From positions 22,369,808-22,433,807 of the forward strand of contig CM119269.1 of the NCBI GenBank assembly GCA_051294375.1: DNA of 64,000 nucleotides, written 5' to 3'. The translations under genes were made by a program, and so were the position numbers. The DNA is from Paraspadella gotoi. Taxonomy: Eukaryota > Animalia > Chaetognatha. Numbering within the stretch: position 1 is the first letter of the stretch; every line of letters starts with the position of its first letter. The notes below the pieces were generated by a model, which saw nothing but the letters and a program-made list of their open reading frames with translations, searched no databases and was not told the DNA's origin. This document shows positions 53,101 to 64,000 of the stretch, in pieces.

Positions 53101-56100
53101 GAACTCCATCTTATTTAGTAATGAAATTGTACAACTGTAAGAACCTTTAGTATCTAGTAATATGCCTATCTCATCACAAACAATAAATAAACCTCCCATT
53201 ATACAACCAATACAATATAGTAATTATCCATTCATTTAATAAATAAGCTATCTTGTTCCTTTTGACTTTGGACAGGCTTAAGATAATAACATAGCAGTAC
53301 CCCGCAGGCTTTCATATCATAAAATTTTTAAATATAAAAAATGATTGCATTTGGTAATGCAAAAATGAAACCGTCTCCCCCCTTTCCCCTCTTTCTCCCC
53401 TTTCCACTCTTTCCCCCTTCCCATCTTTCCACTCTTTCCCCACTTTCCACTCTTTCCCCTTTCCCCCTTTTTCCCCCTTTTTCCCCCCTTTTCCCTCAAA
53501 AGGTTCGGACTCACTTATTATTCTCCGGAATTGATGATGCAATCGCCGTCGGCTCAGCCCCATCGATTGGATCCAATAGACCTGATGGAATACCCGTTGC
53601 GCGTGCTCGTTCTCGACGCGCAGACATACGCGGGTCTTTGGCGCCGCAACGGTTACTCCTTGCTCAACCAACTCTTTCTATACAAGAACGTGAGATGTCG
53701 CGGAGAGATGTTCGACAGGGACGTACAGTTGTTGCAGATCTGCGCCTCGTTGCTCGATCCCAACGAGTTTTTGATTCAGGTAGATTTAAAAGTTAAAAGG
53801 AAAAAAAATTAAATGGTACGTAAAACATAAATTTTTAGTTTAAATTAATTTCGGAAAATGCCTCATTGAAGTGTTTTTAGCGGTGCAAAAATATGCCAAA
53901 AAATAGTACTTTTAACATAATTGCTTGAATGTTAGAAGTCAGTTTAATATTACCTAAATTGAACATCTGTTCAAGAGACAAATATAATCCTTTTGCTTTT
54001 GCACATTAAACAACATGAAATTCTTAAAATGCAATAAAGTAGATGTTTCCCTCGCCATCGTTTAATAGATATGTGGATAAGGCGCTTAGGGAGCTTGGAT
54101 CCAGTCTGGAGGGTTTTCCACGCCCCCAAGGCGGTTTATGGCCGTCCTCACGCTTCCTGCAGGGTAGGTACCGGGTTGGGATTGAACCCGGTACCTAGTG
54201 GTCATAAGCTGATGGCTTTACTCAATGAGCCAACGGGTCACGACCGAAGTCATGCTTATAGGCGGGGTGAACTTATGCAATGCCCGACTACAGATATTAA
54301 TAAATGTTGGTCTCGCCGTCGGTTAAATCTTTCCATTTTTTTCTCTTCGCAGGTGATCAACCGATTCGGCCTCTTAACTTGGATCCGCAGATCCTCCTCT
54401 TCCTCCGCCGCTCCACCTGCCCCCTCGCGGCCTTCCAAGCAGGCAGAGGAGGAAGAGGAGCACAAGTTGTGGCGCGACATGGCGGAGGAGATGTTGACTC
54501 TTCTCGTCGTCATCCTCACCGAGCGGTTCGTCCAAGGAATCGGGAGAGTCTCTCGCGACGACTGCGTCCAGAGGGAAGTTGCCCACGTTCTCTGCTCGGG
54601 GCCGAAGACTCATTCCGAGATTCTCAAGTCGCTCCACGAAGACGCAAATCGGGAGACGGGGTTCGACGAGGTCGTCGACCAAGTCGCCTCCTTCAACAAC
54701 GCCTCCAAAAAGTACAGCGTCCGCGACGACCGGCTGGATCGGTTCAGCATGTTTTACTATCACTTCTCCCGGTCGGAACAGGTGATGTCGCGTGTGCAAA
54801 ATGTAGATTAGATCCTTCATCTAATTTTTTGGCCACCTTCATGTTTTTTGTTTCTTATTTCTTTTTACTGCTACTTGAGATGAACTGAAAAAAAAAAACA
54901 AACAAACAACAAATAAATACTCAGCTTATGCGCATAAATTTGATAATTAATTAATTTTAATATCATCCCTCTACACTCTACCGTGCAGACCAAAGCCGAG
55001 GAAGAGATGGGCAAGCGTCTTCGCGCCGCGGCAGGAGCGGACGCCTCGATGTCGCCGCCGCAGCCGCCGCCTTTCGCGCCGACGCTGGTGACGGTGATTC
55101 GACTCTTCGACTGCGACGTCATGATGATGCTGCTGCAGAGCGTCTTCTTCTGCGCCTTCGAGACCAAGTCTGTGAGTGAAAAAAGGATTTTTAGGCAACT
55201 TTTTTAAGAAATGATATTCCTTATTTTGTTGGCCGAGATGCAATCAAAAATGCCTGTCGCTTTTTAGACAGGGTGTCGACTGTCGAGTGACCAAATGGGG
55301 GTGTCACTGAGAATCAAAGCCTGGCTAAATGTCTTACACCAACCAGGGAATGGATTACAGTTGAGCGTCGATAGTCGATACCGTGCTATCTGTACTTTAT
55401 TTGATCGAGAAAGAAGCGCAACATTGATGGGGAACCGTTAGCAGTTAATTACCCAACACCTCTCCTGCTATTAACAATTATTGATAGCTAAAAAGAAATG
55501 GCGATGACTGATTAATAATTAATTAATGATTAAAGAACAGTTAGGAATGTAGCCCAACATTGATTTATAATAATATTTTCTCGACAATCTACTCCCAGCT
55601 GTTTTAATTATTCAAGTCTAAACTATCAAACAAATGCCACAATTTTCCTTTTTCAGCCGACCTGGTTCAGCGAGACTCACCTCTTGCGCGCCTTGCACCT
55701 TATGTTATTGGCCTTGCACGAACAGCAACGCGGCGTCGATGAAGGCGACTCTTCATTGCAATTTCTTGCCAAGTCGGAGGAGCTGGAGTGGGTCTTCAGA
55801 CCGGATCCCGTCGCCGACTGCAGCCCGTCTCCGCTGCCCTCTTCCCACTTTCCTCGTCACTCTCTCTCCTCCGCGCTGGACCGTCTCCACGCCGACCCGC
55901 GCTACGAATCCCTCCGCGATCTGATCGCGGCCACGCGGCGTCGTCTCGCCAACATCACGCGCGCCTGGCGCCGATTAACGTCCAAAGCGGCGTCGACGGA
56001 ATCCAGCGCCGCCGACGGCGAGGAAAGGGAGGAAAAAGAAGAAAGAGAGGAAGAGGAGAACGGAGGAGCGAAAGAAGAAGAAGAAGAGAGGAAGAAAAGA

Positions 56101-59100
56101 GCGAAGGCTTTGGCCAATGAGAGAAGAGCTAAGATTATGGCGCAGATGGCGTCGATGCAAAGAGCCTTCATTGCAGGTCGGGGCAATCGATAACATTTGC
56201 CTCATAGACAAACAATAACAATAATAAATGTCGAATTCGTTCCGCCATTTTGTTTCCAGAGAACAAAGACGCTTTCGACGCGGCGGCGACGGATTCCGCC
56301 GCCATCGCCGGCGACGCGGGCGATGCCGGCGACGAACCAATGACGGAGACGGCGCCGGATTTTCCCGTCGCCGTCGGTCGACGCAAAACATCGTGTCTTT
56401 CGGGTAACAAAGGATAATAAAGAATAATAAATTATATTTAATATATCTCATATAGTAATCTCCCTTTTCCAAATCCCCTCCGTGTTAGGCTCTCGCGTTC
56501 GTCAAGAAATTTGCATCCTCTGCCAAGAACAGGAAGACGTCTCTTTGGAGCGTCTGACGACGGCTTCGGCGGCTTCGACGTCTTCGTCCACTCGATCCGG
56601 CGTCATGGTGATGACGGCGCTCGTTCAAAGATCAAACGTCTTAGCGACGACGACGACGACCCGAGGAGATCAATCGGTTCGTGGAGTTTGACGTCGTTAT
56701 TAATATTCTCTTATTAAACTTGTTAGTTTTCCTTTCGTTTTCATGGGTTAAATATTTAGAAACTACGAATAAACTTCGTTGTGAAAATCGAAATCTCTCT
56801 CTTTTTAAATAAACATTTATTGAAACTGCAAAAGCGTAATGTAACAAAAATGATTTATTTGTAGGAAACAAAAACCAAAGAGAACGATTGTGGAAATTAA
56901 TATGGCAAGAAAAATGTTAAAATTAATTGATCCTAAATGAAAAAAGAATATGTCGATTAAAACATGCTAAAAGAAATTATCATGACAATTGAGAAAAAAA
57001 GCATTTAGTAAAAAATATTTAATCCGATCTGGCCAATATTATTTAGTGCCAAATGATCCGTTTGGCCTAAATACCTTTTCTCCTTTATACCTCAGCGTCG
57101 TGACGATCCTCTTCCCGATGCGGAAGGCTCTTCCTCCTCCAACTCCTGCCTCTCCACCTCTCGCTCCTCCTCCTCCTCTTTCCTCAAATCCAAAGGCCTC
57201 GTCCGTTCCTCGTTGCCGCGTAGTTCGGCGTCGGGATCGGCGATCGGCGGCGCCGCCGGTCCTCCCGCTGCTGCTGCTGCTCCTAACGACGACGACGCCG
57301 CTTTCTCATCGACGATCGAGTCGAAGCCGGAGGCGGTAGAGGATCCTTTGTTCGCGTCGTCCAGTTTTGCCAGCGGATGTCACGTGAGCTCCTGCGGTCA
57401 CGTGATGCACGCCGAATGTTGGCAAAGGTAAATTGAAATTATAAGGAAAGTTTACTAACTTGTTCATTTTAATCTCAATAGCATATTGTAGCAGTTTTGA
57501 TTCTGAGAAGCTTTTTGTGGCTCACGTAAATTAGTTAGGATTTTTTTTTTTCAATATAGTTTCATTATTTTTAACGAAATTAGTTAATCTTTTAAAATCA
57601 GCTACTTCGACGCGGTGATCCAAAAGGAGCAGCGCCGACGTCAGCGCTATCCTTCGACTTTCGATGTCGAGAAAAACTTTTTCCTCTGTCCTCTTTGCGA
57701 GACGCTGAGCAACGCCGCCGTCCCCATTCTGCCCCTTTGGTCTTTGGAGGCATCGGGTTCGATTCGGGGTAAGAGAAACCGTTGGAAACGTGTAGCCCTT
57801 TTATTTTGACTACCATTAGCAAGAGAGAGAAATTGAAGGGCCAGGTTGGAAGAGAGGCGCCACCTGGGAGAGGTTTTTCCTTTTTTTAGATTCTCTCTTC
57901 ATTTAATTTCAATTCCATTTCCATTTAAACTCGATTCCATTCTACCTCATTTCCTATTCCCGACCATATTTTTTCCTTGCCTTTAAGCGGACGACGACTT
58001 CCCTTCTTGGCAAACCCGCCTTCTTCATGTCGTCGAGTCGAGCCTGCGCGTCCGCCCTAAACCTGCGCCGGTCTCTAACCTGCTCCCAGCCATCAAACGT
58101 CAAATCGCCGGACTTTGGAGAGTCCGCGGCCTGCGTCGCCTCGTCTACCGCCGAGATCCGCCGGAGGGTGGAGAGGGTGGCCCCGAGGACCTCGCCGCTC
58201 TCGGACGAAGTGTTCGTCGACGAGCCACTTCGTCTCCCGGCGCCTTGGACGTGGACCGGTCGGAAGAGGATTTAACCGAAGAACCGAGATCGGAACCGAG
58301 ATCGCCGGACAACGACGAGGTCGAGTGGGAGTTAGCGCCGGAAGCTTTGGACGAGGAGGTGGAGAGGATGGACGACGAGTGGACGAGCTTCTTGGAGTCG
58401 TGGAGAGAAGTTGGATATTACGGAGGAGCGGGAATGGAGGTTGATGGATCGGAGGTAAACTCGTAATAATTGTATTACATTACATTACATTAAATTACTT
58501 AATTTCATTCTCGTCCACAGGCGCCGAGTCTTCACCCAACTCTGGTCTTGATGCAACAAAATCTCGTCCGCGCGACATTCATCGTCGGACTCAACGCGAT
58601 GCCCGACGACGAAGATCACAGGATGATCACGAGCGCCCGAACTGCTCTCGCCTACACTATCAGGGTAATTAATTAATAATTATAATAATACTAATAATAA
58701 TAATAATAATTTATTTGACTAATCCCTTTCTCTCAGTCGGCGGAAGCCCTCGCCCGAACTCCACCGTCGACTCATTTCCCAGAAATGTCCGCCTCCCGCT
58801 CTCTCTTCCCGCTCCCCTCGGCCGCCGCCGCCGCCGCCGCCGCCCCCGGTCTTTCCTCCCGCCAGCTGGATTTCCTTCGAGTCCTCGCCCGCTCCACCGC
58901 CTCTTCCTCCACCGTCGCCGCCAAAGACGTTTCCCGCCGCCACGCCCTCCGCCTCTTGTCCTCTCTGTTGCCTCTGAGCGAGGACGTCGAGAGTCGTCTA
59001 CCTCCAACGCCCCGTCAACCTCTCGACCTCGAACCTTTCACCGCTCTCGTCAATCTCGTCCTCGCAGCCCCGACCCTGCTCAGCGCCGGGGATTCCGTGG

Positions 59101-60626
59101 CGTCGCCGCCGCTACCTTCTTGCGGCGCCAACGACCGCGCCCTCTTGCGTCTGGTGTCGGCGCTGCACGTGGCGCAGATTTTGGCGTGGACGAACTTGGA
59201 CGCCGCTGAGACGGTCGCGGATGGAATGGAAGTGGAAGGGGAGGCGGAGGGAGGGGCTTCCGAAGAGGAGGTGGAAGAAAAGAAGAGGTTGTTGTCTGCC
59301 TGGGAACTGGTTAGAACTTTGGCTCATCGCTCAACTTTGGTAAGTTATTGTTGTCAGATGATCAAGATGATCCATTAGGACTTAAATACCGCTCATCGAT
59401 ATAACTAAAATGTACGGGGAGTCAAATTGATGCTCTAGAATCACAGTATGCAATAAAACCCAAACATAAAACTTGAAAAGAGAATTTTCAATACTGCAAT
59501 ATGCAAATGAGATTAAAAACTGTTTTCCCTTTTTCGGTCAGATCTCTTCCGACTTTCCTTCTCGCGATTCCGCTGCCGATTTTCTCTTCTCTTCCACCCA
59601 TCGTACTTTCCTTCCTTACCTCCGCTGCGCCGCCCTTTTCTTTCATCTCCTTACCGACGTCCCTATGCCGACCGGCGACGAGGAGGCCTGCGGCGCTGAG
59701 GCGGCCCCAGCGGCGGTGTCTCCCGAGCGCGAGTTTCGTTTACTCCTGCAATATCTCGATCTTCCTCCCTTGGATCGTCTCGTCGCGGACGCCGATGCAG
59801 CCACGCCTTCGCCGCTGCGTCGCTGGTGCTGGTGGACGAGAGCGCCGACGCCGCCTTCAGTCGAGAACTCGTCGAGCATCGAAGGCGGCGACGCGGCGTC
59901 CGGGTCGAAGGAAGTCGAAGGACGACTCGACGACGCCGTTCCGCTCCTCTTCCCGCCAACGGCCGCCCTTCGCCGGTTAATCTCCCTCCCCCTCGACTAC
60001 TCTGACCTCATCAACGCCGCCGCCTCTTACGTTTGCCCGTCGGCGGCGTCGGGCGTCGGTCTGCCCGGCGAGGGCCGGTCTCCCATGTTGTGCCTCACGT
60101 GCGGCGTCATGCTCTGCTCAGCTCAAACCATTTGCTGTCAAACCGAGATCGAGGGTCGCGTCTTGGGTCCTTGCAATTCTCACGCCCGGGAATGCGGAGT
60201 GGGAGTCGGAGTTTTGCTGCAAATGTCCAAATGTCAAATAGTGCTGCTGTCTGGTGGGTGGGGGGGGTGTTAATTTCGGGTTAATTAATTATTGGTTAAT
60301 TTTGGGTTAATGTATTAAGGCGGAGACCGAGGCTGTTTTTATCCCGCGCCTTACGTAGACGCTTACGGAGAAACCGATCAGGGACTGAGGAGAGGAAACC
60401 CATTGTTCCTTTGTCAAGTGAGATCTCTTCGTAATTTATACCCAGATGTCGTCATTTAAATCCTTCATTTCCTATATTCCCTTATTTTCATCCCTCATTC
60501 CTTTTTTCTCAGGAATCGTTCGAAAAACTGGAAAACTTGTGGTTGAACCACGAGATCCCCCAAACTATCGCTCGCGCCCTGGAAGTGAATTCCAACTTAA
60601 TGGCCATCACGTGGAACATGTGGTGA
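47190..60626 (+). CDS. UBR1: E3 ubiquitin ligase UBR1/UBR2 (N-recognin)
   Basis: UBR box [57 protein letters not shown] (49208-49718); ClpS-like [12 protein letters not shown] (~50175); [20 protein letters not shown]; GLWRRNG; RING CILCQE...[11 protein letters not shown]...[11 protein letters not shown]; C-terminal [19 protein letters not shown]. The last exon is 60513-60626. The junctions checked are GT-AG. Confidence 0.95.
47493..47950 (-). mobile_element. Family C element with internal tandem duplication, 4-bp TSD ATCC
   Basis: atcc|tgtggc...ttgccata|atcc. The segment gtgacatggggtgg...gtccaaagccctgagcgcc...ttgccata is present twice. Confidence 0.8.
51461..51590 (-). mobile_element. Family D tRNA-derived SINE-like copy
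   Basis: Reverse complement homologous to 26939-27084. Confidence 0.65.
54072..54292 (+). mobile_element. Family A element, 4-bp TSD GATA
   Basis: gata|tgtggataaggcgct...gcccgactaca|gata, homologous to 13077-13343. Confidence 0.85.
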
Positions 60627-61335
60627 CTGGGGCCAACTTTGATGAAATCATTTTACGGGTCTCACGAAATCATGGAAGCAAAATCACGCAGCTACTATTC
60701 ACCGATCAGTTTAGAAATCCTCTACTAGTTAGTTGTTGTTTTTTGTTTTTTTTTTTAATTTTTGCTTGGCTTTTTTTTTGGGGGGGTGCAGTCCTGGGGG
60801 GGGGCTTCGTTTGAAGTGAACAATCGGGACTTTTTAAAAACTCGCGCCTGTAGAATTGCGTTGTTGTGAATTTGAAGTATAACTTAAAATATAGTTTTCG
60901 ATACGTATTTATTTATGAATCAAATCTATTGAAACGGAGGATAAACGAGGGTAAGTGTTGATGCGAATTGAACCTAATTAAAAAAACCTCCTACCAATGG
61001 GATTCGCCTTAAGCGGGGATCGAACGCAGGACGGTAAAGTCTTTGTTACAATGTCTATTGTCCAGTAGACTTAGTACAATTAGTGTAATTATCTTCTGAA
61101 GTCACCATAGATCTCTTTGTATTTTATGAATTTATTATCACGTTTTTTTATTATTTATCGTATTTTTTTCCGAGGCTTTTCTCTTATTTTAAATTGATGT
61201 GACAAAGTCACTTCAAAGTCACAAAGTTAAAAATATCGAAATACGCTAAATAGCTCGCTAGCTCAAAAAAAATATACCTACTTCTCGGGAGAAACCCAAA
61301 GTCCGGGCGATGCCCGAGATTGCGAACCGGAGAAG

Positions 61336-61979
61336 ATGATACCGGAACACCCTCGGGTCCGATTAGCTCGTTCGAGACGTCGCCACCTCGACGATGACTT
61401 CTTTCGCCTCAAACTCTTGGCCAATCTGAGGATTCAACAACATTTGCAGGTTAGTACTAATACCACTAATAGTAGGGAAAATTAGAAATAAATGGGACCA
61501 TGACGATAATTACAATAATTACAATTCGTTTATAACGCCCTCCCCCACGATTGATTGCCGCAGGTTGATCATCAACTTCGAAATCGACTTTGGGAACTGA
61601 AGCTTCGATCCGTCGATTCAAGAGTCAAAAATGAAAATGGCGACCCGGAAGGTAATGACCCGGATGTTGGCGATCCCAAAGATAACGATAATCCGGAAGT
61701 GGGCGTGGCGTCAACTCTGGCGAATCTGGAAAAAATCTCGACGACGATGGAAAAGATTTTGTGGGATTTGAATTCGATCGCGACGAGAATTCGAAGCGGA
61801 GACGAAGGGGAGGTCAGTTGTGGGGGATGGGGTGGTCCGTTATATTGTGGGCAGTGAGTGGTCAGTCAAGTCTTTCCATTTTAGGTCCGCCCCGATTGGC
61901 CGCGTCTCCTTCTAAAAGCAGACGACGTCGTGGAGGCGAAAGATCATCTCGGCGATGCGATTGGGATAAGACTCGGGAG
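61336..61979 (+). CDS. Unknown protein, first three putative exons (3'-partial)
   Basis: GC-rich, phase-consistent GT-AG exons 61336-61449, 61564-61812, 61885-61979 (MIPEHPRVRL...LRIQQHLQ/VDHQLRNRLWELKL...). No family recognised and the start is uncertain. Confidence 0.55.
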
Positions 61980-62264
61980 GTGAAGGAGGGGGGGCGGGGA
62001 TTTAGGGGGGAATGGGGGATCGATGTTAAAGGTTAATGGTTTGCTTTGGGCTTCGGTGGATTATAGTTCTTTAAGAAAAAGGGTCATTCAATTCAACTTC
62101 AAAATAGGGCCAAATGGAGTACAAATTCAGAAAGCTGAGCTCATGGCGATTCCGAAAATGTATTTACTTTAAACATTTGATGCATTCTACCCCATTTTAT
62201 ATCGGTTTTAATTATAATATAAAATATATATAAAATATATAATATGAAATATTTTCCACTTCAT

Positions 62265-62466
62265 TGATAGGGAAGCCAGGTACTCTGGAGTGAATAAACG
62301 AGACTGTGAGAGAGTCTTGATTGAAAGCTTGCAGGGACCTGCTATGTCATTATCTTGTAAGAGTGATGGAGGCCTTAAACCACCAAAGCCTGTCCAAAGT
62401 CAGGGGCAAGATAGCTTATTTATTAAATGAATGGATAATTTTTATATTGGTTGTACCAATTTCATA
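62265..62466 (-). repeat. Near full-length family B repeat
   Basis: Reverse complement of the atgaaattggtacaacc...cttccctatca consensus. Confidence 0.8.
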
Positions 62467-62484
62467 AAATAAAAGAAACCTATC

Positions 62485-62758
62485 TGAAGAGTTGCAGGTC
62501 AAACGAAAAGGCCAATCCATCTGATATTTTTTATGAATTTTTTATTACTGAATTAGAAAAATGTAATAGAGAGACATTTTTTAAATTTCAACTTGTATCC
62601 TTGAAAATGAAACGTTTTTAAACTTTAACCCTGAATTCTTTCTAACTGGAAAGCGTTTATCAAAATGTCTCTCTATTACATTTTTACAAATGTTTTTAAG
62701 ATTGCTAATCAAATTTTTAATTCAATATTATTGCAGTCGTTTAGGCTGCAACTCTTCA
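62485..62758. mobile_element. MITE-like element with long terminal inverted repeats
   Basis: Outer pair tgaagagttgcag / ctgcaactcttca; inner pair aaaaatgtaatagagagacattt / aaatgtctctctattacattttt. Confidence 0.75.
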
Positions 62759-63045
62759 AATTCAGTGTAGATTCATTGTAGCTCGAATTTCTTTACCATC
62801 TATTGGGGATGAGCATCGTTTCTAAACAACTCATGGTTTTATATCAAATTTGGTAGCGTTCGATAGACAATTGCAAACATTATCTACATGCATAATTTCA
62901 TCATATCCGACAATCCGTTCAAAAGTAATCGCCAAAAAGCAATCGCAAAATCGCTCTTCAAACCGATCAACGTTTCCTTTAAAATCGAGCTCGTTTTGAT
63001 CCAACAAAGATTAGTACTATGCGTAGTACTAAGCTTTAGAACCGG

Positions 63046-63361
63046 CGCACAGTGAGATCCTGGGCCTGAATTTTTCAGAAAAATCCCTTTCAGTTAAAAA
63101 TAAATTTTTATTATACATGAATTATAAAAATATTTTTTTTTAAATTTATTTGAATATTAAAATAATTAAAATAAATTTTTTATAATTTTAAATAAATAAA
63201 ATAAAATTATTTTATAATAAAATATATATTATTATCAGATTATATAATAATAATAAAATAATAATAATAATAATAATTAATAATAATAATAATAATAAAA
63301 TAATTATAATTAAAAAATAAAATTAAAAAATAAAATATTTTTATTTTATTTATTATTATTA

Positions 63362-63394
<33 letters not shown>

Positions 63395-63719
63395 AATTAA
63401 AAAAATAAAATTTTTTAAAATTTATTATATTTAATATAATTATTATATTTTATTAAAATTTTATTTTAATCTTATATTTTTTAATTATATCATGATAAAA
63501 AAAACTCGCAGTTTAAAAAAATTAATTAATTTTATTGTAAAATATATTTTTTTATACATATATATAATATATAGTACTACCTTTCTCAGATTAAATAAAA
63601 AAATTTATTTTTAAAACTATAATTATATTTATATAAATATTTTTATATATTATATAATAATGTAAAAAAATTTAAAATTTATTTTTCTAGCATTTGGGAC
63701 TCACAAGCAACACTGTGCG
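63046..63719. mobile_element. Possible MITE with CGCACAGTG TIRs around an almost pure A/T interior
   Basis: cgcacagtg at 63046-63054 and cactgtgcg at 63711-63719. Confidence 0.45.
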
Positions 63720-64000
63720 ACGATTTTTGTTTTAATAAGTTTTTATTGGACTTTTTTTAAATTTTGCATTATATTGAGAAAACGCTTTTGAATTAAGCCC
63801 GCGCTCTACCTGATTTGAATAGTAAAATCAATACAGTTTCTGTCAATTGTGTTCAAAATGGAAAAAAATGAAGGCTTGACTATGCAGTTTTCACCTAAAA
63901 AACCAGTTCATTTGATTGCTTTATCAAGCAATTAAGATTGCAAGAATTTTAATTTTGCTTTTTTTCATCATGTAGAGAAGACAATAAGGTTTCGGAAACT

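Overview
Eukaryotic (metazoan-like) genomic DNA with GC-rich exons and very AT-rich introns; the six-frame ORF track mostly shows exon fragments. I spliced the genes by eye. All are on the + strand, in order: (1) an MBOAT1/2-type lysophospholipid acyltransferase (5' exon not found, probably upstream of the window). Its ~15.5-kb intron holds three same-strand tandem genes for ~857-aa multi-pass proteins with an XK-related (Xkr/CED-8 scramblase-like) N-terminus; the third copy has one nonsense codon. (2) A multi-C2H2 zinc-finger gene. (3) A frameshifted purple acid phosphatase (ACP7-like). (4) Importin-alpha of the KPNA1/5/6 clade. (5) An ATRIP-like gene with an intronic 15-bp minisatellite. (6) A UBR1/UBR2 N-end-rule E3 ligase. 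(7) The 5' part of an unknown gene. Introns carry short elements with TG/TA...CA ends and 4-bp TSDs, a tRNA-derived SINE-like repeat, foldback elements and Penelope-type minimal hammerhead motifs. The most unusual part is the nested XK-like array: it appears to need non-canonical GA/GG first-intron donors, and its exon phases are compatible with the host gene. All family assignments come from recalled motifs, not database searches.
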